Source: Candidatus Doudnabacteria bacterium RIFCSPHIGHO2_02_FULL_42_25 (GTDB taxonomy: Bacteria > Patescibacteriota > Doudnabacteria > UBA920 > O2-02-FULL-48-8). From it: a DNA stretch of 50,144 nucleotides. Below the pieces are notes generated by a model that searched no databases, was not told the origin of the DNA, and saw only the letters and a list, made by a program, of their open reading frames with translations. The translations under genes and the position numbers were made by a program. Location: contig MFEQ01000008.1 of assembly GCA_001777665.1 (NCBI GenBank), positions 1 through 50,144 on the forward strand, read 5' to 3'. The stretch's first letter is position 1, and every line of letters starts with the position of its first letter. Positions 8,913-16,228 of the stretch are shown piece by piece.

Positions 8913-8986
8913 GTTTTGTAGTATAGCCAGGCATTGACACTGACGTCAATTTCTGCTAACATATACAGTTAAATTAATTGACCCAT

Positions 8987-9658
8987 ATGACCAGACTTTT
9001 GCTGCTAATCCTTCTGCTTACAGTAGTCTATTCCTGGGATGAATGCAAATATGTCTTGCATGCTGTCTGGGCCAAAATTCGAAAAAGAAAAATAACTGAA
9101 TATCAAAAATCAGAAACTGATTTGTTAGTATCTGATATTGTTTTGATTGCAACTATTCCACTAAGCTTGGCATTTTTGATGCTGGGTTCACAATCATTGC
9201 TCATAAAGCTCCTGCTGCTCTTAGCAGAGTTCGTGCTCATCGGATTAATTCTGCGGGGATTAGAGGAGTATCGCCGCCGCAGAAAATTTACGTCTCACTA
9301 CCAAGGTTTCGATAAAGCGGTTGCCATCGGCTTTAGTGTTCTGGGGTTCCTTTCGCCTTCCATGCAATTTGCGAGTGGTGTTGTTCGATCGACCACGCAT
9401 GTGGGAAAATACTTAATCGCGCTCGCCATTCCCCTGACATTGGGCTTGGTTCTAACTTTCTTAAGCCAGCAATTAGGAGAGGAGCAATTTAGTTCGCAAC
9501 TGGATGTCTTAATTATTATTGCAGTTTTCGGAATTATCTTAAATATAACCATCGAAGCGCTAGAACATATGTTTTATATATCGAAGTACAAACTTAGTTC
9601 ATTGCTTCGAATCGTTCTCGGGATCTTTACTTGCACATATCTCTACTTTATGCTATAA
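8987..9658 (+). CDS. Polytopic membrane protein, function unknown
   Basis: It has several hydrophobic helices. The ORF-track start at 8978 is TTG and the first ATG is at 8987. A TTGACA-17-TAACAT promoter-like pair lies at 8934-8962. Confidence 0.5.
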   Translation: MTRLLLLILLLTVVYSWDECKYVLHAVWAKIRKRKITEYQKSETDLLVSDIVLIATIPLSLAFLMLGSQSLLIKLLLLLAEFVLIGLILRGLEEYRRRRKFTSHYQGFDKAVAIGFSVLGFLSPSMQFASGVVRSTTHVGKYLIALAIPLTLGLVLTFLSQQLGEEQFSSQLDVLIIIAVFGIILNITIEALEHMFYISKYKLSSLLRIVLGIFTCTYLYFML

Positions 9659-9674
9659 TATATGTGAAAGTTAG

Positions 9675-10142
9675 ATGACATTACGAAATAAACATAAACT
9701 TAAAAAAATGATAATCAATAGTAAAAAGTTATTGCTATGGGTTTTGGTCATTATCGGACTGGTTGTTATCCTCTGGTATCTCCAATTAACAAGCCAAAAT
9801 CGGTCGGTTTTCAGTAATCCGTACGAACCCCAACCGGTTCAACCGACTCTCTATACCAATGAATTCCCGCGGGAACTAATGTTGTTTGACTCTCAAGGTC
9901 AAAACTTCACTGTCACGAAGGAAGGGAATAAAACCGTGGTTCAGACCCGATTCAATACCAATAATCGAGTCGGCTTAGTTTTTAGTGGCTATCGAACTAG
10001 CTTACTGAACAACTCCTGGACTCTGGAAACTGATGACACAAAAAATAATTTAATCGTGGCAAGCAAACAAGCCTATCGTGCTACACTACGTTTGAATAAA
10101 ATTCCCACCGGGACGGAAGTTAATTTAAAAGTAACTTATTAA
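9675..10142 (+). CDS. N-terminally anchored hypothetical protein
   Basis: This 155-aa ORF has a single TM helix (LLLWVLVIIGLVVILWYL) and is co-oriented with, and 3 nt from, the next gene. Confidence 0.45.
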   Translation: MTLRNKHKLKKMIINSKKLLLWVLVIIGLVVILWYLQLTSQNRSVFSNPYEPQPVQPTLYTNEFPRELMLFDSQGQNFTVTKEGNKTVVQTRFNTNNRVGLVFSGYRTSLLNNSWTLETDDTKNNLIVASKQAYRATLRLNKIPTGTEVNLKVTY

Positions 10143-10145
10143 TCC

Positions 10146-11879
10146 ATGCCAAATAAAATAAAAACTACTTTAGCATCGATCACTGTTCTCGGATTATTAC
10201 TGACATTCGTCACACCGGCGAATGCGGGTACGATTCGACGCGACTATTGGTCACCAGTAACAGGTGGGCCAACAATTTACGATTTAATTAATGGCAGTAG
10301 TTATCCAATTAATCCAAGTGGGACTTCGGAACTTTCCAGTTTTGAAGGCCCAACAAATACAGATGACTGGTACGGCTCTCACACCTATGGCTATGTCGTT
10401 CCTTCTCTAACTGCTGATTATACTTTTTATATTGCAGGAGATGATAACGCTGATTTGTTTCTAAGTCCAAATGACAATCCTTACGATCGGGTTTTGATTG
10501 CCACCAATGCAACAGACTCGAGTAATTATACAGCACCGCTTGAGTGGAATAAATATCCATCCCAAGCTTCAGAACCGATACAGCTCGTATCTGGTCAACG
10601 CTACTTTATCGAAGCGAGACAGAAAGAAGCTTACTCCAATGACAACATAGCCGTAGGATGGAACTCTAACGGCGGTAACATTAATGTGATCCCAGGATCA
10701 AACCTTGAGACATTTGTCGGATCATATCCTGACTATTGCCCATTAGGTGCGCAAGCCGGACGGATAGTTGTCCCGCTTATGGATAGAACTGATGACGCTT
10801 TAATTGATAATGGGTCTTGGGAGCAATCAATTGTCGTAAATAATGATGTTACTATACCCGCAGGAACATACAATATTACTGTCGCGACCTTTGATGATCG
10901 CACTGGCCTCACTCCTGATCAAGATTACGAACAAGTAACCATGGTTTTGCTTGCAGGCGAAGATGAACTAACTAGCAATCCAACCCCTGATTTACCACTA
11001 AATAAAGAATGGCTCATTTCCACAGTTAATACTAACTTTGTAATTGCCGAGGAAGTTTCTACTGTTGCAGCAATACATTCAGCCTATTATAATCCCAATC
11101 CTCATGGAGTAAAAGCAATTTGTGCAGCATTTGATCTAAGCAGTGGAGTGCCACCAGCTCCAAATCTCGATTTTGGGTATTCTTACTGTAATAATGGCCT
11201 GCCGTTTGTTGGACTATATTATTCAGCAAACCCAAACGAGTCAGGTCCTTCGGCTGATAAAATTGAAATTTATAGAGATGGGGCTCTGGTTCACACAGAT
11301 GACACTCCAGTATTTATTCCAAACAATGAGTGGTTCAATGATCCAGATCTGAATCCCAGTCAAACTTATATTTACACGGCCAAAGCTTTCATCGGAAGTG
11401 TAGAATCGCCAGCAACGATTTTAAATCATACTACACTAAGTTGCCTAGCCCAAGTCATTGCAACAATTAATCTTATTGCAGTAAATGAAGTTGCTTACAC
11501 CACTCAAACCAAAATAAAAAATGGCGATATCCTAACTTATCAGATCCTCCTCCAAAATGCTGGGGGAGTGTATGCACCTCAAGCAGACCTTACCAATACC
11601 GTAACTAATGCAGTCTATGACCCAGCGATACCAAATAGTTTTGAGTGCTATAGCTGTCAAGTAATCTCTAGCGACTCGAATTCAATAAGTTTCCAAATAT
11701 ATGGTATCTCTTCCCAAACGTCCCTTAACATGAAGGTTCGCGTTGAAATCGAAAACAGTCAGATAGTCACATTTGAAACAGCGGGAACAGCTGACCCGGG
11801 TGATACTTCAGTTTATGATAAAGACTACATAGTTGTTACCCCGTCTAATCAAAAAGTTCCTTCCTTCATTGAACGATAA
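10146..11879 (+). CDS. Secreted surface protein with an N-terminal PA14-like domain
   Basis: It has a signal peptide (LASITVLGLLLTFVTPANA). YTFYIAGDDNADLFLS ... SGQRYFIEARQKEAYSNDNIAVGW matches the PA14/GLEYA pattern. Confidence 0.6.
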   Translation: MPNKIKTTLASITVLGLLLTFVTPANAGTIRRDYWSPVTGGPTIYDLINGSSYPINPSGTSELSSFEGPTNTDDWYGSHTYGYVVPSLTADYTFYIAGDDNADLFLSPNDNPYDRVLIATNATDSSNYTAPLEWNKYPSQASEPIQLVSGQRYFIEARQKEAYSNDNIAVGWNSNGGNINVIPGSNLETFVGSYPDYCPLGAQAGRIVVPLMDRTDDALIDNGSWEQSIVVNNDVTIPAGTYNITVATFDDRTGLTPDQDYEQVTMVLLAGEDELTSNPTPDLPLNKEWLISTVNTNFVIAEEVSTVAAIHSAYYNPNPHGVKAICAAFDLSSGVPPAPNLDFGYSYCNNGLPFVGLYYSANPNESGPSADKIEIYRDGALVHTDDTPVFIPNNEWFNDPDLNPSQTYIYTAKAFIGSVESPATILNHTTLSCLAQVIATINLIAVNEVAYTTQTKIKNGDILTYQILLQNAGGVYAPQADLTNTVTNAVYDPAIPNSFECYSCQVISSDSNSISFQIYGISSQTSLNMKVRVEIENSQIVTFETAGTADPGDTSVYDKDYIVVTPSNQKVPSFIER

Positions 11880-11888
11880 ACTAACCTC

Positions 11889-11924
11889 AAAAAAGTAGAC
11901 TTGAAAGAGTCTACTTTTTATTTT
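11889..11924 (+). terminator. Intrinsic terminator
   Basis: GTAGACT (11895-11901) pairs with AGTCTAC (11908-11914). The hairpin is flanked by an A-run and TTTTTATTTT. Confidence 0.7.
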
Positions 11925-11954
11925 ACCTTATAGTATATTTGGTATAATAAAATT

Positions 11955-12323
11955 ATGAATGATAAGACTTTAATTAAATGGTTCAGTGTTCTTTCAGTTA
12001 TTGGAATGATTTTTGGTATTGTCTACTCATTCTTTGGATTGGGAATCCTACCGGTATCCAAAGATGTATTGGTACCCTGGGGAAATGGCGTTTACGGATC
12101 AACAATGATAGGTTTCTTTGTCCTGTTATTCTTTGTCGGACGGCTTGCTTTCCGAAATGGTGATATTACATTAATGAAAGTAATGCTCTACAGCTTATTC
12201 TCTTGGCTTATAATTGAAGCGTCATTCTCAATCTATTATGAAATTTATTTCAACTTTGCCGTGGACGCGGTGCTGATGATCTTTTTTGGCTATCCGCTTC
12301 TGAAACGAATCCAGCAACGATAA
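11955..12323 (+). CDS. Small polytopic membrane protein
   Basis: The 122-aa protein has four hydrophobic segments. Confidence 0.45.
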   Translation: MNDKTLIKWFSVLSVIGMIFGIVYSFFGLGILPVSKDVLVPWGNGVYGSTMIGFFVLLFFVGRLAFRNGDITLMKVMLYSLFSWLIIEASFSIYYEIYFNFAVDAVLMIFFGYPLLKRIQQR

Positions 12324-12373
12324 ATTCAATATGCCTAATAGAAAAAATCCCACCAGATGGTGAGATTTTTTCT

Positions 12374-12448
12374 TGGCAGCCCCACGGGGAATCGGACCCC
12401 GATTACCAGGATGAAAACCTGGCGTCCTAACCATTAGACGATAGGGCC
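12374..12448 (-). tRNA. tRNA-Glu (anticodon UUC), CCA encoded
   Basis: The reverse complement reads GGCCCTATCGTCTAATGGTTAGGACGCCAGGTTTTCATCCTGGTAATCGGGGTCCGATTCCCCGTGGGGCTGCCA. It has a 7-bp acceptor stem, a D loop with GG, an anticodon stem CCAGG/CCTGG with loop TTTTCAT, and a T stem CGGGG/CCCCG. Confidence 0.85.
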
Positions 12449-12489
12449 TCGTTTTAAGCCTTGATAGTATATAGTAAAAACAGACGCTT

Positions 12490-12519
12490 TTCAATACTTC
12501 ATGAGTTTTCTGGTATAAT
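12490..12519 (+). promoter_or_regulatory. Promoter-like TTCAAT-N18-TGgTATAAT ending 7 nt before the ATG at 12527
   Basis: The -35-like box is at 12490-12495 and the extended -10 box is at 12511-12519. No SD lies between it and the ATG. Confidence 0.4.
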
Positions 12520-12526
12520 AAAGACT

Positions 12527-13456
12527 ATGGAAATCTGGGCATTACTTCTGACAGTCGCTGGGCTGTCGTTATTTGAAATCATCACTAGCGTCGATAACGC
12601 TATTATCAATGCTGAAGTGCTTTCTACTATGGGCCAACGTGCCCGTCGGTGGTTTTTGTTGTGGGGTATTTTAATTGCTGTATTTTTAGTCAGGGGACTT
12701 CTGCCGCTTGTTATAGTTTGGGCGGCCAACCCCGGTTTAGGATTTATGGGTTCTTTGACCGCAACTTTTAGTAATGATCCGCGGGTAATTGCCGCAGTCG
12801 AGCAGTCTTCTCCCATCCTACTTATTGGTGGTGGTATGTTTTTGGTATTTCTTTTCTTACACTGGTTATTTTTGGAACCAAAAAATTATGGATTATGGGG
12901 GGAACGATTTTTCCAACGCCAAGGAGCTTGGTTTTTTGCCCTCGTTTCAATGATTTTGGCATTTGTCGTTTGGTTCGCATTGAAAGAAAATCCATTATTG
13001 GCATTTGGAGCAGTTCTAGGTTCTTCATCTTTCTTCATCATCCACGGCTTCAGAACATACGCTGAAGAGCAGGAAAAAAAGATGATCACCGGAAATATTT
13101 CCGATGTTAGTAAGGTCGCTTACCTGGAAGTACTCGATGCGACCTTCTCTATCGACGGAGTCATCGGAGCATTCGCATTCACTTTCTCCGTGCCACTGAT
13201 TCTGCTTGGCAACGGATTAGGCGCAGTCGTCCTGCGAAAATTAACAGTCAGCAACATCGAACGTATCAAACGTTATAAATATCTCAAAAACGGGGCGATG
13301 TATTCTATTTTATTCTTAGGCGCCATTATGCTATTGGACAGCTTTGGTTACCATATCCCGCATTGGCTCTCCCCTCTGATCACCTTCGGTACAGTTGGTT
13401 ACTTCTTCTTAAAATCCCGACAAGAACTGCTCGCCTCTGAAACGAAGCAGTTGTAA
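12527..13456 (+). CDS. Integral membrane protein, DUF475/TerC-like
   Basis: It has SVDNAIINAEVL near the N-terminus and multiple TM helices. The ORF-track start at 12461 is TTG and overlaps the tRNA flank, so the ATG at 12527 is preferred. Confidence 0.5.
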   Translation: MEIWALLLTVAGLSLFEIITSVDNAIINAEVLSTMGQRARRWFLLWGILIAVFLVRGLLPLVIVWAANPGLGFMGSLTATFSNDPRVIAAVEQSSPILLIGGGMFLVFLFLHWLFLEPKNYGLWGERFFQRQGAWFFALVSMILAFVVWFALKENPLLAFGAVLGSSSFFIIHGFRTYAEEQEKKMITGNISDVSKVAYLEVLDATFSIDGVIGAFAFTFSVPLILLGNGLGAVVLRKLTVSNIERIKRYKYLKNGAMYSILFLGAIMLLDSFGYHIPHWLSPLITFGTVGYFFLKSRQELLASETKQL

Positions 13457-13508
13457 CTTGTCACAATTGTTCTCTTAGTTTAAATAACCCAAAATATAGC
13501 CATAATTA

Positions 13509-13534
13509 ATCAAGCCTGCCTGCCGGCAGGCAGG
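13509..13534. repeat. GC-rich palindromic element ATCAAGCCTGCCTGCCGGCAGGCAGG (copy 1)
   Basis: CCTGCCTGCCGGCAGGCAGG is a perfect 20-nt palindrome. Near-identical 26-mers lie at 18897-18922, and the core recurs at 19006-19026. Confidence 0.75.
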
Positions 13535-13542
13535 GAGTAATT

Positions 13543-13890
13543 ATGGCAGATATTATAATAGAAAAAGAACCAACGACGCATTATGCAGCTAGGATTGTTT
13601 GGACTATCTTGGGTGTAGTCAATGTCTTCCTGGCACTCCGGTTTATTCTGAAATTAATTGCGGCAAATCCTGGAGCTGGATTTACAGATTTTATTTATCG
13701 CGCTTCAGCCCCGCTGTTAGCACCATTTGTGAATGTAGTTCGTAACGTTCGCACTGACGCTTCCGGCGGTATCTTTGAATGGAATACCCTGATTGCCATG
13801 GCAGTTTATTCCTTACTCGCCTGGGTGATAGTAAGACTATTCTTTTTGGGAAGCCGTACTGACCGAGTCGATTACGTGAGCCGGCCGTAA
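13543..13890 (+). CDS. YggT-like small membrane protein
   Basis: The 115-aa protein has two TM helices. LRFILKLIAANP...IYRASAPLLAPF resembles YggT family repeats. Confidence 0.4.
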   Translation: MADIIIEKEPTTHYAARIVWTILGVVNVFLALRFILKLIAANPGAGFTDFIYRASAPLLAPFVNVVRNVRTDASGGIFEWNTLIAMAVYSLLAWVIVRLFFLGSRTDRVDYVSRP

Positions 13891-13903
13891 AGGTGGGCAT
13901 GAT

Positions 13904-13936
13904 AAAAACTACGTAGGTAACTACGTAGTTTTTATT
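13904..13936. terminator. Bidirectional-looking intrinsic terminator
   Basis: A 13-bp perfect stem (AAAAACTACGTAG / CTACGTAGTTTTT) has a GTAA loop. Confidence 0.7.
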
Positions 13937-13988
13937 TAGTATAAATTCGTGCTAATATTCGTGTGCTTTAGTGTTTAAAGATCCCCAT

Positions 13989-15008
13989 ATGTACAACCTA
14001 TCCATCTTAGCTATTGAAACCAGCTGCGATGAAACTGCCGCCGCAGTGATCGAGGGTGACCCTCGTATCAAATCGAATATCATCGCCTCCCAAGCGAAAC
14101 TCCACGCGAGGTACGGAGGTGTCGTGCCCGAGGTCGCTGCCCGGAGTCACATTACTGCGATTATTCCGACGATTGATTTGGCGTTAAAAAAAGCCAAAAC
14201 TAAACTTTCAGATATTGACTACATTGCTGTGACCCAAGGACCGGGGCTTATGACTTCACTCATGGTCGGGATCGATACAGCGAAAGCTTTAGGTGCAGCA
14301 TTAAATATTCCTGTTATCCCAATCAATCATCTGGAAGCGCACATTTACGCGAACTTCGTTGAACAAAATATTAAATTCCCAGCTGTAATATTGATTGTTT
14401 CGGGAGGTCATACCCTGTTAGTCGAAGTTAAGGGCCATGGTAAATACCGCATCTTGGGAGAAACTGTCGATGATGCGGCTGGTGAAGCGTTTGATAAAAC
14501 TGCAAAAATGCTGGGACTGGGCTATCCAGGTGGTCCGATGATTTCGAAACTAGCGAAAAATGGAAACCCTGCAGCTTTTGATTTCCCGAGGCCTATGATT
14601 AACTCCAGTAATTTTAATTTCAGTTTTTCAGGACTGAAAACAGCCGTTTTGTATAAAGTCCAACAGCTTAAATCTTTGAACTTAATTCTTAAATCTAATT
14701 TAGCGGCTTCCGTTCAGCAAGCCATCGTCGATGTGCTGATATCGAAAACAGAAAAAGCGGTCAAACAATACAAACCCAAAACAATCATGCTCGGCGGCGG
14801 AGTTGCTGCCAATTCACTGCTGCGACAGCGATTTTCTCTATTAGCTAAAAGCTATAAGCTAAACGCTATTATTCCCAAACTTGAATACTGTACTGACAAC
14901 GCAGCAATGATCGGACTCGCCGCTTATTATCGATTAAAAACCAAGAAAGCAATCCGCCAACTGGCGGACAAAAACTTCGGAGTCGAACCAAATTTGAAAA
15001 TAAAATAA
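13989..15008 (+). CDS. tsaD: tRNA N6-adenosine threonylcarbamoyltransferase
   Basis: Motifs include LAIETSCDETAAAV, ARSH, GPGLMTSLMVG, SGGHT and the GYPGGP region. The ORF-track start at 13971 is GTG, and the ATG at 13989 is preferred. Confidence 0.85.
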   Translation: MYNLSILAIETSCDETAAAVIEGDPRIKSNIIASQAKLHARYGGVVPEVAARSHITAIIPTIDLALKKAKTKLSDIDYIAVTQGPGLMTSLMVGIDTAKALGAALNIPVIPINHLEAHIYANFVEQNIKFPAVILIVSGGHTLLVEVKGHGKYRILGETVDDAAGEAFDKTAKMLGLGYPGGPMISKLAKNGNPAAFDFPRPMINSSNFNFSFSGLKTAVLYKVQQLKSLNLILKSNLAASVQQAIVDVLISKTEKAVKQYKPKTIMLGGGVAANSLLRQRFSLLAKSYKLNAIIPKLEYCTDNAAMIGLAAYYRLKTKKAIRQLADKNFGVEPNLKIK

Positions 15009-15050
15009 TCAAAAAAAGAACGACACCGCAGCCTTGGCTGACAATGCCGT

Positions 15051-15947
15051 TTAATCCGTATCAAGTAGGCCTTCGAGAGCCATGCGGATCTTCGGCTCTA
15101 CTTGTACCAACTCGCCGTCCTTTACAGCTGTTGCGATAGAACAAATGTGGGATGTCTCCTCTCGTTTGTTTCTATACATGACTTGATCACCACGATCAAG
15201 CCACGTTTGCGCAAGCTGATCCGGATCCACGAGAGCGCCCGAGTGTAAAGTCGATAGATCTAATACCACGACACCGACCGAAACCTCAGAATTAATCAGA
15301 TCCAGAGAAGGTGGCATTAGACCACGATCCTTACACCCTTGTTTTACTCGCTCCCAGGCTCGCTGTCGATATTCGTATTTGACGCGCGTCGCAGTGTGAT
15401 GGGCATGCACAAATTTCTTGATTTTTTTCTGCAACACGGCAAATTCGTCGCCGTTTCCGATGCGAGCGGCGGCGACACCGTCAGCTCGACGGACATCGTT
15501 GATCAGCTCGATAAGAGTTTGAATCAGGATATCTCCAGCCCAGTGACCGATCTCGTCGTTGGTTCTCTTGAGCTTGTTGATGTCCAGAATCCAAAGTGCG
15601 GCCTTGGCATCGTCACCATCGATTTCCCATTCTTCGAGATCACGACGATCAGTTATGACAGACTGAATGAACTCTGGTAGGATCTCTTTCTTAAAAACAT
15701 TTGGGTTCCACAGTCCCCACTCGTCCTTCTTCTTGAGCTCCTCCTGAATCCGCTCGTAATCGATTACTCTAGCCCGCAACGCCTTAATCTCTCTATCAAG
15801 AGTCCGAAGCCTAGTGTCTACCTCGGATTCATGTACGTCCAGAAGCCTCAGGAATTGCTTCAAAACGACTGGTCCGAGGTTTCCTAACTTACATAGCTCC
15901 CGCAATTCGGCGAGAGCTCTTAGTCCTCGCTGAATCTGCGTAGCCAT
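15051..15947 (-). CDS. Coiled-coil + GGDEF-like (nucleotidyl cyclase fold) protein with a non-canonical active-site motif
   Basis: LDINKLKRTNDEIGHWAGDILIQTLIELINDVRRADGVAAARIGNGDEFAVL and the later SVGVVV...RGDQVMYRNKRE follow the GGDEF domain consensus. The N-terminal ~110 aa are heptad-like. AAGGAGG lies 7 nt upstream of the ATG. Confidence 0.65.
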   Translation of the reverse strand: MATQIQRGLRALAELRELCKLGNLGPVVLKQFLRLLDVHESEVDTRLRTLDREIKALRARVIDYERIQEELKKKDEWGLWNPNVFKKEILPEFIQSVITDRRDLEEWEIDGDDAKAALWILDINKLKRTNDEIGHWAGDILIQTLIELINDVRRADGVAAARIGNGDEFAVLQKKIKKFVHAHHTATRVKYEYRQRAWERVKQGCKDRGLMPPSLDLINSEVSVGVVVLDLSTLHSGALVDPDQLAQTWLDRGDQVMYRNKREETSHICSIATAVKDGELVQVEPKIRMALEGLLDTD

Positions 15948-16228
15948 GACCTGTCCTCCTTATTGACTCGAAAATCGGCTCAAGCTATAATTCAAGCAGA
16001 TTTTACAATCAACAATTCATAAAAGTGTAACGAACAAAGCTGTCACTTTGTTTCTCCAGCCCCAGTTTGAAAAACTGGAGCTGGAACACTGCGAGTAGAA
16101 TATAGCAATTAGCCGCTATTAGTAGACCTCGCCGGCGCTAACCGTAAACCTAGTAAATTAAGTATAGTTTAAGCTGGTACCTTTCTCAAATGTGAGAATC
16201 TTAAACACCAAGTAGTGGTGTTATTTTT

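Noticed and set aside
10146-11879. A diversity-generating retroelement target (a surface protein that would have a VR/TR repeat pair)
   Set aside because: The window contains no reverse transcriptase, and by eye I found no template-like near-repeat of the 3' end of this gene. A computed self-alignment would be needed to exclude it fully.
12228-12494. An 88-aa minus-strand ORF
   Set aside because: It runs straight through the tRNA-Glu gene and its flanking terminator, so it is an artefact.
15009-15050. Integron-type attC sites flanking the GC-rich single-gene insertions
   Set aside because: The sequences downstream of the inserted genes are ordinary hairpin-plus-T-run terminators. I saw no RYYYAAC / GTTRRRY core sites and no integrase gene in the window.
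15948-16228. A full T-box riboswitch upstream of valS
   Set aside because: Only a GCTGGTACC fragment, a CCGTAA string (F-box-like) and a terminal hairpin are present. I could not find a convincing Stem I with a K-turn, an AG bulge, a distal loop and a GUN specifier, nor an antiterminator that competes with the hairpin. I kept only the weaker observation of a hairpin plus U-tract at the start codon.
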